Counted from the stretch's first letter, positions 21,533-31,749 are shown. The stretch: 64,000 bases of DNA from Desulfosoma sp. (GCA_037481835.1 JBBFKW010000003.1:96001-160000), one strand, 5' to 3'. Notes: a model not told the origin generated them from the letters alone. Numbers and translations are program-made.

Positions 21533-23281
21533 TCAGGGGCGCGACACACTCAGGCGCTCTCGGAGCCTCTCCGCGTTGTCCCGCGCAAAATCCAGCGTGG
21601 GATCCAATTCCAAAGCCATTTCGTAGAGGCGCAGCGCTTCGCGCTCATGGCCCAGTTCTCGCAAGTTGGAGCCGATGTTGGCGTAATCGATGGCCGATCC
21701 GGGATCGATTTCAATGGCTTTTTCGAAGGCTTCGATGGCCTTCATGTGCTTTTTGAGTTTGTAGAGGCAAAAGCCCTTCAGGTTGTAGATTTCCTTCAAC
21801 CCCGGGTTGATTTTCTCCGCTTCTTCCAGGGCGTCCAGGGCGTCGTCGTAACGGCCCAAGTCTTTGCGGCATGAGGCGATATGGACGTAAATGCTTGCGA
21901 GTTCCTGGGGGTCTGGGTTTTGCCGAAGGGATTTTTCAAAGAGTGTGAGAGCCTCTTCGGAGCGTTCCATGCGTTCCAGGGCGTGGGCCGTAAAGAAGGT
22001 GAGATCGTAGCGCGGACCGAAGAGGCGTCCCAGACGCGTGAGCTGTTCCAGGGCTTCGGGAGGATCCAGGCTTCTAAGGACCGTGCGGGCCATGTGCTGA
22101 GCAAAGTCCGTGTGACGGGTGTGTTCGAGGAAGTGGGCTCCGGGAACGATGACGTAGACGCTGGGAATGGCGAGCTCCTCGTGGGTGACGTTGACGGCGA
22201 GGACATCCAAGTTGAGATGGGATAGGGCTTCGACGGCGCGCTGGATTTCCACGCGCAGATTGTCGTCACTCACATCGGGCAACGCCTCGATGGAAACGCT
22301 CCGTTCTCCGGCCATGAGATAAGCGGCTTCCTGAAGCGAGCCGTACTTGGGCAAGGTGGGCTTGTAGGTCGTTCGGTTCTCGAAATCCCCCGCCAGTTGG
22401 GCCACTTCGGTCAGGGCCCGACACAGGGATTTTGCCGGATGGGACGTGGTTCCCGCCGTGAAGACGATTTCGCTCTTCAGGGGGAACGTCTGCGGGTCGT
22501 AGGCCAAAACGCCCACGCTGGGAATGCCCGTGTCCAATGAAAAATCGCGGACGAACAGGCGGATTCCACACCGGTGGAACTTTCCGATGAGTTCCCTCGC
22601 CGCCTCGTCTCGGACACTTTCGAGATCGATGGCCGGCGTGAGGCGCCGTTCATAGGAAATGACCGAGCCCACATGCCTTTCGACGACTTCGCATAGGGCC
22701 TGCAACACGGCCTCTTCCAGCGTGTTCCCCGCGGCGGGACCGTTGTATTCGTTGATGAGATAAAACCAATCGATGGGGACCCATTGGTCCCAATCCTTGG
22801 TGAGGTTTCGGCCGGGAACCCAGTGCATGGGGCATTCCTTGAGGAAGTTCCGGACGCGGTCGACCGGCGTTTCGGTGTCGTGGACGGACTTCAAGAGCAC
22901 GTCCGGAGCCGTTGCCGCCCCGTCCAACGCGTCCATGGGGGCTTTGAGGAACCGCTGGGCGTTGATGAAGGAAAAGAAGCTGAACCGTTCCATGAGTTCC
23001 ATCAGAGCGCTGGCTTCCGCCTGGGAAGGAGTGGCGCCTTTGCCCATCTGCTTTTGCGTGCCCGTCAGGGCGGCGGCATCGGGGCCGCACAGGCTGATGT
23101 AGACGGGGATACCCAATCGGCCCGAATCGATGCGAAGCGTCTTGGCGAGAACGCGCATGCGAAGATTTTCAAGACGCCCGCGCACCCACTGTATGGTCTC
23201 TTCGGGGAATCGGGCCTTTTCCTGATCATATCGGAAGGTTTTAAAGCAATCACGCACTGTGATGCGGGAATCCAGGCGCAT
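21533..23281 (-). CDS. YcaO-like protein with C-terminal TPR repeats
   Basis: MGKG, ALMELMER, NGPAAGNTLEEAVLQALCEVVERH and RALTEVAQ motifs; C-terminal TPR-type helices. Confidence 0.9.
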   Translation of the reverse strand: MRLDSRITVRDCFKTFRYDQEKARFPEETIQWVRGRLENLRMRVLAKTLRIDSGRLGIPVYISLCGPDAAALTGTQKQMGKGATPSQAEASALMELMERFSFFSFINAQRFLKAPMDALDGAATAPDVLLKSVHDTETPVDRVRNFLKECPMHWVPGRNLTKDWDQWVPIDWFYLINEYNGPAAGNTLEEAVLQALCEVVERHVGSVISYERRLTPAIDLESVRDEAARELIGKFHRCGIRLFVRDFSLDTGIPSVGVLAYDPQTFPLKSEIVFTAGTTSHPAKSLCRALTEVAQLAGDFENRTTYKPTLPKYGSLQEAAYLMAGERSVSIEALPDVSDDNLRVEIQRAVEALSHLNLDVLAVNVTHEELAIPSVYVIVPGAHFLEHTRHTDFAQHMARTVLRSLDPPEALEQLTRLGRLFGPRYDLTFFTAHALERMERSEEALTLFEKSLRQNPDPQELASIYVHIASCRKDLGRYDDALDALEEAEKINPGLKEIYNLKGFCLYKLKKHMKAIEAFEKAIEIDPGSAIDYANIGSNLRELGHEREALRLYEMALELDPTLDFARDNAERLRERLSVSRP

Positions 23282-23361
23282 GGGGGGCTCTCCTCTGTGA
23301 CAGCCGGGGTCCAGGTTCAGGTTCGCAGGCATAGCGGCGGGGACCCTGCGATTCGGCGCGG

Positions 23362-24261
23362 TCATGATGAAAGGCTGTGGGCGGTTTTGGCGTTGTGGGC
23401 GTCCACGGAGGCACGGATGGTTTCCAAGAGCTGCCGGGCTTGAATCCCGGATTGAAAGGATCGGGGCAGGCCCTTGACGGATCGGAGCTCTTCCAAGGTT
23501 TCGGGCATTTTTTGCGCAAGCCGGATCAAGGCCTCGTTGGGGAGGACGCGGAACGGCGCCCGGTCCAGCCTTCGGGCCGTTGCATCGCGAAAGGTGTAGA
23601 GGTCTTTCAGCACGGAGCGGGCCTTGCGGGACAAGCCCCGCACTCCCTGGAGCCGCCGATAGCCGTCGGCAGGAAAGCGTTCTCGGGGCGGGGCTTGATC
23701 ACACACGCGGGCGAACGCCTCCCGCGCCTGGTCCCACAGGCCCCTGTGCACCAGTTCCCCGTAGAGCTGGTCGCGCAGGGAAATGAGGTAATGCGTGTCC
23801 AGGCGGGCGTAGTGGAGCTGGCAATCCTTCAAGGGGCGCACGCCCCAGTCACAGCGCTGCCATTTCTTGTCGAGCTGGACCTGAAACCGAGCCGCCAGCA
23901 CGTGGGACAAACCCAGGTGTTTTTCGCCCAAGATCTTGCAGGCAACGGCCGTATCGAACACGTTTCGGAACGAAAAGCCGAAATCCCTCTTGAGGGACCC
24001 GATGTCGTTGGCCGCGGCATGAAAGATTTTTTCCACGGCGGGGTCTTGAAAAAGGTTTGACAAACATTCCGGGTGGGCGATGCTTAGGGGGTCGATGATG
24101 TAATCATCCTGATCCGTGGAAATCTGGATCAGGCACACGCGTTCGAAGTAGGCATAATAGCCGTTGGATTCCGTGTCCACGGCGATGCGGGGGCAGGAAA
24201 GCAGCGTGTTCAGGCTCTTCTCCAAGGCATGATCCGACTCGATGAGGATATAGGGCCGCAT
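23362..24261 (-). CDS. rnd: ribonuclease D-like 3'-5' exonuclease with HRDC domain
   Basis: AVDTES, CLIQIST, FHAA..D, FDT, DW..RPL...QL.YA..D motifs and an HRDC region. Confidence 0.88.
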   Translation of the reverse strand: MRPYILIESDHALEKSLNTLLSCPRIAVDTESNGYYAYFERVCLIQISTDQDDYIIDPLSIAHPECLSNLFQDPAVEKIFHAAANDIGSLKRDFGFSFRNVFDTAVACKILGEKHLGLSHVLAARFQVQLDKKWQRCDWGVRPLKDCQLHYARLDTHYLISLRDQLYGELVHRGLWDQAREAFARVCDQAPPRERFPADGYRRLQGVRGLSRKARSVLKDLYTFRDATARRLDRAPFRVLPNEALIRLAQKMPETLEELRSVKGLPRSFQSGIQARQLLETIRASVDAHNAKTAHSLSS

Positions 24262-24321
24262 GAGAAGGGGTCTCGATTCCTGTCCTCGTTTTGCCCGCTG
24301 GAAGCCTACCGGAGTGGGGCC

Positions 24322-25092
24322 ATGAGTCGCAAAAGGAAAAAATCCACCCCCCCGCCTCCGTCGATCCGTACCAAGGCGTCGCCCGCCGATGAGCAGGGCT
24401 TCTATACCCCTTTCTCCTGCTTGGATCAATACGGGAAACGCAAGACTCGCCGGTCTTCAGCGCGAAACCTTGTGCCCGAAACCGGAACGGCTCCTGGGGC
24501 GGCGGGGGATGAGTCTTTCGGGGAAGAGCGGCTTTTTCTTGAAGCCATGGCCGATGTGGTCCCACTGCCGCAGGATGCCAGGCAACGCGTCCCTCCGGGC
24601 GGGCCTACGGGAGGGTTTCCGCGCTTTGCCGTGCGCGAAGACTGGGAAGTCCTGGCCCATCTTGCGGATCTTGTGAGCGGCGAAAGCCGGTTTTCCGTCC
24701 ACTATTCCGACGAATACATGGACGGGGCGGTGGTCGGTCTAGCGCCCACGGTGCTCAAGCGGCTCCGAAACGGCGACTTCAGCTACCAGGACCATGTGGA
24801 CCTGCACGGGTTGACCCGACAGGAAGCCCAGGACCGGGTGACGGACTTCCTCCTGCGCAGCCATGCCCGAGGGGTCCGCTGCGTGTTGGTGATCTGCGGC
24901 CGAGGACTCAATTCCCAGGGCAAAGAGCCGGTCCTGAAGCGTGAGCTCGTCAACTGGATGACCCGGGCTCCGCTCAAACGGCTCGTGCTGGCCTTCGCCA
25001 GTGCAAGGACGTGGGACGGAGGGGCGGGAGCCGTCTACGTGTTGCTGCGCCGCCGCAAAGGAAAAGCCCCCGTGCGCACGCCGGCTCTGTAG
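24322..25092 (+). CDS. Smr/MutS2 C-terminal domain protein
   Basis: VDLHG, VICGRG.NS, VLK and DGGAGAVYVLL motifs. Confidence 0.9.
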   Translation: MSRKRKKSTPPPPSIRTKASPADEQGFYTPFSCLDQYGKRKTRRSSARNLVPETGTAPGAAGDESFGEERLFLEAMADVVPLPQDARQRVPPGGPTGGFPRFAVREDWEVLAHLADLVSGESRFSVHYSDEYMDGAVVGLAPTVLKRLRNGDFSYQDHVDLHGLTRQEAQDRVTDFLLRSHARGVRCVLVICGRGLNSQGKEPVLKRELVNWMTRAPLKRLVLAFASARTWDGGAGAVYVLLRRRKGKAPVRTPAL

Positions 25093-25142
25093 CCGCCAGG
25101 CCGCCGCGGCCCGCCCAGGGCCCCGGATTCGCGCCGACCCGG

Positions 25143-25467
25143 GAGCTCGTCTGAAAAGGGCTCGCTTGCCTCATGCCACGTTGAGTTCCCGTCCCCGCCA
25201 AAGCGGCAGTCCAGATTTCATGGATTCCCGGTAACGCGTTGGGGTTCGCTTTGCTCACCCCAACCTACGGCTTTGTTGGGATGCCGGCTGGGGAATGGAG
25301 GTTGGGGTTCGCTTCGCTCACCCCAACCTACGGGTTTGTTTAAGGATGTTGGCCGGGGAATGTAGGTTGGGGTGAGCGAAGCGAACCCCAACACGAATTC
25401 CCACATTTCCAGCAACCGATGGACTCCCGCTTGGGCGGGAGCGCGGTTTGCAGAGTTCTCGGAGAAC
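25143..25467. mobile_element. degenerate MITE (type C) carrying three GTAG REPs and two CGTC-type hairpins
   Basis: Left end GAGCTCGTCTGAAAA, right end GAGTTCTCGGAGAAC followed by TTAG. REPs at 25238-25268, 25301-25331 and 25362-25392; hairpins at ~25190-25214 and 25419-25443. Confidence 0.6.
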
Positions 25468-25597
25468 TTAGTCCCATTCAACAAGATGCGACGCCCAAAG
25501 CCGGCATTGCCGCCTGCCGCAAGAAAACCGGCTGGGAGAGGATCTTCCCGCCCCACTTTTGGGGTTCCTGGAAGTTGCGTGCAATGGCCTTGAGGGT

Positions 25598-26533
25598 TCA
25601 GCGGACGAGGACCTGCACGCCCTTGAGCAGACGGCTCGGAAGCCGTATGTCCCCCATAAGGGTGCTCACCCGGACTCCCAAAAGGATGAACACGGCCCCG
25701 ACCAATTGGGCCCAGGACAGGGTCTCGTCCAAGACAATGCGGGCCGTCAGGACGGTGACCAGGGGAATGAGATTGATCCACACGGCCACCTGAGATGCGG
25801 GGAGAATTTGCAGCGAGGTGTTATAGAGCCAAAAGGCTGCAAGGGTTGCGAAAAAGGCGAGAAACAACAGGCTGATGACCGCCTGAGCCGTGGGAATCGC
25901 CCTCACGGCGCTTTCTCCGTCGGCGAAGGCGAACAGCGCGAAAAAAACCGTGGCGAAGGCGGCTTGGATCGTCGTCAAGGTCATGGGCCGATAGCGGGCG
26001 CTCAGGGATCGGCTGACGATGGTATAGACCGAGGCGCACAGGGCTGCGCCCATGATGAGCAGATTTCCCAGGAAGGGGGAGGTGGCCTGGGAAGAACCGT
26101 CCATGTCTTTATGGACGAGAAAGGCGATGCCGACCAGGGTCAAGGCCACGCCGAGCCCCGTTTTGAGGCGGACGGGTTCTTTGAGGAAAGCGGCGCCGAG
26201 GATCATGACGAAGACAGGGATGGACCCGATGATCAAGGACGCCACGGAGGCGCTCGTATACATCAGGCCCCGGGTTTCGCACAGAAAATACAAGCCCGGT
26301 TCCATCACCCCCAAGAGGCAAAAAAGCCCGAGATCCCGGCCGTGCAGCTTTTCCCTTTTGAAGAAGAAAAAGGCCGGCAGGAGAAAGCCGGAAGCGACGG
26401 CGAATCGCAAAGCAAGAAGCCCATAGGGCGTAAAGATCTGCAGCGCCACCTTGGTGGCCACAAAAGAAGCACCCCAGATGAGGCACGCCGCGGCGGCCGC
26501 CGCGTATCCTTTCACATTGCCGTTCAGCATCAC
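25598..26533 (-). CDS. DMT/EamA family transporter
   Basis: IWGASF..TK motif, about ten hydrophobic helices, two EamA repeats. Confidence 0.9.
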   Translation of the reverse strand: MMLNGNVKGYAAAAAACLIWGASFVATKVALQIFTPYGLLALRFAVASGFLLPAFFFFKREKLHGRDLGLFCLLGVMEPGLYFLCETRGLMYTSASVASLIIGSIPVFVMILGAAFLKEPVRLKTGLGVALTLVGIAFLVHKDMDGSSQATSPFLGNLLIMGAALCASVYTIVSRSLSARYRPMTLTTIQAAFATVFFALFAFADGESAVRAIPTAQAVISLLFLAFFATLAAFWLYNTSLQILPASQVAVWINLIPLVTVLTARIVLDETLSWAQLVGAVFILLGVRVSTLMGDIRLPSRLLKGVQVLVR

Positions 26534-26550
26534 TCGGGCCCCGAGACGAC

Positions 26551-26597
26551 AAAAAAAGAGAGAACCCGCATGGAAGCACCCTGCGGGCTCTCTTTTT
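26551..26597 (-). terminator. intrinsic terminator after the ferritin-like gene (possibly bidirectional)
   Basis: AAAAAAAGAGAG..CCCGCA...TGCGGG-CTCTCTTTTT hairpin with A/T tracts on both sides. Confidence 0.7.
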
Positions 26598-26618
26598 CGG
26601 CGACGGTCACAAAAAGGT

Positions 26619-27080
26619 TTAATCCCAGCTCAGGATCTGATCGTCGTAGAGTTCCTCGATTTTGCGCTTATGCTTAATTTCTTCCTGGGCGAGCATTTCG
26701 AAAACCTTGGCCGTTTTCTCGTGCATGCACTTTTCTTTCCATGCGCTGTAGAAGGCATGGGCCTTTTCTTCTTTCTTCATGGCCAAAGTCAGGGCTTCCT
26801 GATACGTCATGTCGTCTCGGAAGGGCACATCCATCAGATAGTCGCTGATCTTGAGATCTTCGACCTTATCCAGTTTGAAATCTTCCAGTCCCGCGGGGTC
26901 CAGACCTTTCAGGAGTTCGCGATGCTTCTTTTCTTCCTCGACCATTTCGAGGAAAAATTCCTTGATGCCGGGGTTCTTGGCCTTGTCGGCGCATTTTTGG
27001 TAGAAGTCCATGGCCAGTTCTTCTTTCTTGATGGCGAAGTTCACCACGTCATCAAAGGATCGACAGGTCAAGACGGACAT
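26619..27080 (-). CDS. ferritin-like / rubrerythrin-domain protein
   Basis: Duplicated AxKKE....FY and EExxH di-iron motifs. Confidence 0.88.
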   Translation of the reverse strand: MSVLTCRSFDDVVNFAIKKEELAMDFYQKCADKAKNPGIKEFFLEMVEEEKKHRELLKGLDPAGLEDFKLDKVEDLKISDYLMDVPFRDDMTYQEALTLAMKKEEKAHAFYSAWKEKCMHEKTAKVFEMLAQEEIKHKRKIEELYDDQILSWD

Positions 27081-27212
27081 GACGGCCTCCTCTTTGGGTC
27101 CAATGGCGAAAAGTTGCCCTTGCGCGTTTTTCCGCGAACTTGGATTCTCATAGCAGAATCCTAAGGCTGGAAGCAACCGGTTTCAAGATTCCCGGAAGGT
27201 CCTCCCCTGCGC

Positions 27213-28958
27213 TCACGCAAAAAGGGGCACGGCTTCGAACCGCTCCACGTCCACCAGGCCGCGGGAGGTCATCTTGAGGGCGGGGATGACCGGCAAAGCC
27301 AAAAAGGAAAGCGCCATGAAGGGATGCTTCAAGGAAGAGCCGAGGGCGCGGGCGGCTTCGTTCACGTCTTCCAGGGCGCGACACACCTCTTTTAGCGGCT
27401 TCAGGCTCATGAGGCCGGCGACGGGCAGGGGCATGTGGGCCATCAGCCCCTGCGAGGAAGCGACGCTCATCCCGCCGCGGCTTTCTATGACCGCCCGGAC
27501 GGCGGATGTTATGGCGTCATCGTCCGCCCCGACGGCGATCAGATGGTGGGAGTCGTGAGCCACCGTGCTTGCCAAAGCCCCTTCCCGAAGGCCGAATCCC
27601 CGGACGAAGCCCACCGCCGGCCGACCGGCGTCCTTCCCTGAATCGTAGCGGTTGAAGACGACGATTTTCAAAAGATCCCGATCGACGTCGCAGACGGCGG
27701 CGTCATCGCGGATCGTCGCCGGAAGGACCAGATGGTCGGTTATGACGCTGCCTTCGCGCACCCCGATCACCCGCAGCAGACGTCCCCGGGCGGGAACCCG
27801 AAGGTCTTCGGGATCCACGCGGGAGACGGCCATGGGACTCGGCAGGCTTTCCATGATCGTGTCCCGCGGCCAGTCTTCGGGCCGGCACAGGGCCCCGTCC
27901 TGCACGACGCACCGGCCGTCTTTGAAAACGAGGCTCGGTTTCCACGGCGTCAAGGTAGGACTTACGGAAAAATCCGCCGCATATCCCGGGGCGACGGCGC
28001 CTCGACCCCGAAGGCCGAAAGCCTGGGCGGCGGTCCACGACGCCAGGGCGACGGCGCGCACGGGATCCATGCCCAGAGCGGTCGCCCGATTGACCACGCT
28101 GTCCATGTGGCCTTCGCGGAGCAGATCGGTGGGATGCCGATCATCGGAAACGAAAAGGCAGCGCGGCCAAGTGGCGTCCGTCACGGCGCCGAGGAGGGTG
28201 GCCATGTCCTTGGATTGGCTTCCTTCCCGGATCATGAGGGTCATGCCTTTGGCGAGTTTTTCCAGGGCTTCGTCCAGCGTGGTCGTTTCATGGTCGGAGG
28301 AGATCCCGCAGGCGAGGTAGGCGTTGAGATCTTCGCCCGTGACCTTCGGGCAGTGCCCGTCGCGAATCGTGTCCTGAAAGAGGACGATCTTTTCCAGCAC
28401 GGCGGGGTCTGCGTCGAGCACGCCGGGAAAATTCATCATTTCCGCCAGCCCGAGCACCCTGGGATGGCTGCGGAGCGTATGGAGATCGGCGCCCCGCAGG
28501 ACCGCTCCGGCGGGATCCATGGGGGAGGCCGGAACACAGCTGGGAAGCATGAAGAAAAAATCCAAGGGCAAGCCTTCCGACGCCTGGATCAGCGCGAGAA
28601 TCCCCGGAAGGCCCAAAACGTTGGCGATTTCATGAGGGTCCAGGACCACGGCCGTGGTGCCGTGCGGCAGGACCGCTTTGGCGAATTCCGTGGGGCTGAG
28701 CAGTGTGCTTTCCAGGTGAAGGTGCCCGTCGATGAAGCCCGGAGCCACAAAGGCGCCGTGAAGATCCATTTCGCATCGGCCCCTGTAGTCTCCCCAGCCC
28801 GCAATGCGACCCCCATGCACCGCAAGATGCCCCGGCTGGAGGGCCCCGGTACAGACATTGACGATCCGGACGTTTCGAAGGCACAGTTGTGCAACCTTGC
28901 GCCCGCGGGCGACCTCGATGAGCTCGCCCAGGGCGGCCATGTCCATCAGCGGCGACAT
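27213..28958 (-). CDS. ade: adenine deaminase
   Basis: PGFIDGHLHLES, DPHEIANV, LAEMMNFPG, SDDRHP, AHDSHH and LPVIP motifs. Confidence 0.93.
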   Translation of the reverse strand: MSPLMDMAALGELIEVARGRKVAQLCLRNVRIVNVCTGALQPGHLAVHGGRIAGWGDYRGRCEMDLHGAFVAPGFIDGHLHLESTLLSPTEFAKAVLPHGTTAVVLDPHEIANVLGLPGILALIQASEGLPLDFFFMLPSCVPASPMDPAGAVLRGADLHTLRSHPRVLGLAEMMNFPGVLDADPAVLEKIVLFQDTIRDGHCPKVTGEDLNAYLACGISSDHETTTLDEALEKLAKGMTLMIREGSQSKDMATLLGAVTDATWPRCLFVSDDRHPTDLLREGHMDSVVNRATALGMDPVRAVALASWTAAQAFGLRGRGAVAPGYAADFSVSPTLTPWKPSLVFKDGRCVVQDGALCRPEDWPRDTIMESLPSPMAVSRVDPEDLRVPARGRLLRVIGVREGSVITDHLVLPATIRDDAAVCDVDRDLLKIVVFNRYDSGKDAGRPAVGFVRGFGLREGALASTVAHDSHHLIAVGADDDAITSAVRAVIESRGGMSVASSQGLMAHMPLPVAGLMSLKPLKEVCRALEDVNEAARALGSSLKHPFMALSFLALPVIPALKMTSRGLVDVERFEAVPLFA

Positions 28959-28965
28959 AAGGCGC

Positions 28966-29466
28966 TCACATCTTGTACTTGCCGAAATCTTCGGGGTCGA
29001 GTTTTTCCAGCAGTTCTTCCAGGTTTTCCTTGTCTTCCTGGCGGAAGACGGGGTGTGTGTCCTTTTCGCCGACCTTTTGGGAGCGCTTGAGCACGTCTTC
29101 CTTCACGTAGATGGGCGCGTTGGTGCGAAGGGCAATGGCGATGGCGTCGCTCGGCCGGGAATCGATGGGGGTTACGCCGAGCTCCGTCCTGAGGTAGATC
29201 AAGGCGTAGTAAGTGTTTTCCTTGAGGTCGCAGACTTCGATCTTTTCCACCTGCACATGGAGGTGATCCAGCAGATTTTTCACCAGGTCGTGGGTCATAG
29301 GGCGCGGGAACTTGATCTTTTCCAATTCCGTGGCGATGGAGGTGGCTTCCAGCAATCCGATCCAAATGGGCAGGTGGTCGTCCCCATCGGGGTCGTTCAA
29401 AATGACGATGGGAGTGTTGGTCTGCGGGTCCATGACCAAACCGGCGACCTTCATCAATCGATACAT
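28966..29466 (-). CDS. bifunctional nuclease family protein (DUF151)
   Basis: LPIWIG..EA, RPMTHDL and DSRPSDAIAIA motifs. Confidence 0.92.
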   Translation of the reverse strand: MYRLMKVAGLVMDPQTNTPIVILNDPDGDDHLPIWIGLLEATSIATELEKIKFPRPMTHDLVKNLLDHLHVQVEKIEVCDLKENTYYALIYLRTELGVTPIDSRPSDAIAIALRTNAPIYVKEDVLKRSQKVGEKDTHPVFRQEDKENLEELLEKLDPEDFGKYKM

Positions 29467-29530
29467 GAGATCTCCTTGCGTGGGCGAAAGAGCGCGGGCC
29501 GGACCAGGGATCTTCGGCCCGTGCCGAGGT

Positions 29531-30964
29531 TCACGGCCCCTGAGCGTCTGGGTCGCCGTCCGTGGGACGCCGATTGGGCGACGGCCCAGCCTCTGCCTGC
29601 GAACATTCCCCGACCGCCAGCCGCCCTTTGAGCGAGTGCGCGTAGGCTTCCGTGATTTTCACCGATACGATGCGCCCTTTCAATGCCGCGGAGCCGGAAA
29701 AATTGACGATGCGATTTTGGGGGGTGCGCCCGCTCATCTGGCCTTCTCCGGCCTTGCTTTCCGATTCCACCAAAACGGGGCGGATGCGGCCGACTTCTTC
29801 CCGGTTCTTTTCCAAAGTGATGGACGCCTGCAGCCCCTGCAGCTCGGTCAGGCGCCGCGCCTTCACATCATCGCTCACTTTATCGGGAAAGAGGCGTGCG
29901 GCGGCAAAGGGGCGGTCCGAGTAACGGAAGGAAAAGAGCGTATCGAAGCGCACGGCTCGCATGAGGTCCAAGGTCGCCTGAAAATCCTCTCCGGTTTCTC
30001 CGGGAAAGCCCACCATGACGTCGGCGGAAAGGGCGATTTCCGGGCAGGCGGACCGCAGCAGGTCCACTTTGCGCCGATAGTCTTTCGCCGTGTATCGCCG
30101 ATTCATCCTTTCCAGAACCCGATCGGAACCCGCTTGGAACGGCAGATGGATGTGGGGGCAGAGCTGAGGAATGTCCGCAAAGCATTGGACCAGATCTTCG
30201 GTGAGATCCTTGGGGTGGGACGTGGTGAACCGGATACGGGCCACGTCGGTTTCCCGCGCGATGAGGCGCAGAAGATCCGAAAAGCGCGGTTCGCCTTCCA
30301 GCCCTCTGCCGTAGCTGTTGACGTTCTGTCCCAGAAGAAGGACTTCCTTCGCCCCCTTTTCCACAAGGAGCTGCACTTCCCGGAGAATATCCCATACAGG
30401 GCGGCTCCTTTCACGGCCCCGCACATAGGGCACGATGCAGTAGGTGCAAAAATTGTCACAGCCTTGCATAACCGTGACCGGTGCGACGACGTCCGTGTGC
30501 CACGCGTCGGTTTGGCCGAACAGTTCCCGCCATCCTTCTTCGTCGTGGTCCGGCAGGTGAGCGATCCTCGAGGTTCCATGGCGCGCGGAGTCCACAAGGC
30601 GGGGCAGGGATCCCAGGGCGCGCGTGCCCACCACGAGGTCCACGTAGGGGAACCGCTCCAGCAGGGCGGAACCCAGCTGCTGGGCCACGCAGCCGCCGAC
30701 GACGATGATGAGGGACGGTTTCCTCTGTTTGAGGCGGCGAAGGCGCCCCAGGAGGGAAAAGACCTTCTGTTCGGCCTTTTCCCGGACGGAACACGTGTTG
30801 ATGAAGATGACGTCTGCTTCGGACGGATCCGGGCAGAGGGTGTAGCCGTCCTGGGCGAGCAGGCGCTGCACGCGCAGGGAGTCGTATTCGTTCATCTGGC
30901 AGCCGAAGGTATGCACGAAGAGCCCCAAGGGGCGGGCTGCCTGGGCTAGACCAAGTCCTTCCAT
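29531..30964 (-). CDS. miaB: tRNA-2-methylthio-N6-dimethylallyladenosine synthase
   Basis: TFGCQMNEYDS, NTCSVREKAE, GCDNFCTYCIVP motifs and a C-terminal TRAM domain. Start approximate. Confidence 0.93.
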   Translation of the reverse strand: MEGLGLAQAARPLGLFVHTFGCQMNEYDSLRVQRLLAQDGYTLCPDPSEADVIFINTCSVREKAEQKVFSLLGRLRRLKQRKPSLIIVVGGCVAQQLGSALLERFPYVDLVVGTRALGSLPRLVDSARHGTSRIAHLPDHDEEGWRELFGQTDAWHTDVVAPVTVMQGCDNFCTYCIVPYVRGRERSRPVWDILREVQLLVEKGAKEVLLLGQNVNSYGRGLEGEPRFSDLLRLIARETDVARIRFTTSHPKDLTEDLVQCFADIPQLCPHIHLPFQAGSDRVLERMNRRYTAKDYRRKVDLLRSACPEIALSADVMVGFPGETGEDFQATLDLMRAVRFDTLFSFRYSDRPFAAARLFPDKVSDDVKARRLTELQGLQASITLEKNREEVGRIRPVLVESESKAGEGQMSGRTPQNRIVNFSGSAALKGRIVSVKITEAYAHSLKGRLAVGECSQAEAGPSPNRRPTDGDPDAQGP

Positions 30965-31749
30965 TCTTTCGACCTGATGTCCTTTTCGCTCAGTCGGATG
31001 TTGGCCAAGGAAAGACGCCGGGCGAGAGTGCCGATGAGTTTCATGGCCAGTTGGGGGTTTTCGGAAACGATGTGTTCGAGGCGCTGAGGGCGAAAGACCT
31101 GGACCAGGCTTTCGCCCAGGCTGGTCACCGTGGCTTGACGGGGCGCCTTGAGGAGGCATGCCATTTCGCCGAAAAAATCCCCCGGCCGGTCGATGCGCCC
31201 GATTTCCACGCCTCTGAGGGTCACGCGAAGGCCGGCATCGCTGGAGACGAGCCGATAGAATTCCTGGCTGTCTTCGCCTTCCCTGATGATGACTTCACCG
31301 TCCCGGTAATGGCGCACTTCCACGTCGCTGGACAGGACAAAGGCTTCTTCCCCGTTGGCGGCGAGGGCCGCATCGGTCAGTTGCCGGAGCAGGGACAGGA
31401 CCAATTCCCGAAAGGCTCTAGGCCGCGTGTACAGGAAGTCGTCAAAGGCTTCGGCATCGTAGACCATGACGCGGCACGGCGTGGACGCTCTGGCGGAAAA
31501 GGGCGATCTTTTCTTGAAAACCATGGCTTCCAGCCCAAAGACATCCTTTTCGCCGAGCACCCGGATCTTGCGGTCTCCCCGAAGGAGGCGCACCCGTCCC
31601 GAGAGAATGACGTAGAAGGCATTCACCGGATCGTTTTCGGCAAGGATGAGCTCCCCTTCCTGATAGGTTCGGGCTTGTCCAGGGTAGGGCTGCGGCCGGC
31701 CGGGGTCGTCCGAGCCGGCGCCCGCGGGTGGAAAGGATTCGTCGGTCAT
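30946..31749 (-). CDS. tandem cyclic-nucleotide-binding domain protein
   Basis: Two cNMP-type repeats (FYVILSG...VFGLE and FFGEMA...PRQATV); no HTH domain seen. Confidence 0.85.
   Translation of the reverse strand: MTDESFPPAGAGSDDPGRPQPYPGQARTYQEGELILAENDPVNAFYVILSGRVRLLRGDRKIRVLGEKDVFGLEAMVFKKRSPFSARASTPCRVMVYDAEAFDDFLYTRPRAFRELVLSLLRQLTDAALAANGEEAFVLSSDVEVRHYRDGEVIIREGEDSQEFYRLVSSDAGLRVTLRGVEIGRIDRPGDFFGEMACLLKAPRQATVTSLGESLVQVFRPQRLEHIVSENPQLAMKLIGTLARRLSLANIRLSEKDIRSKEWKDLV

Noticed and set aside
25238..25392. CRISPR-like array (31-bp repeats with ~30-bp spacers)
   Set aside because: Copies switch orientation, spacers resemble each other between loci, there are only two or three units, and no cas genes are present. 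This fits REP doublets.
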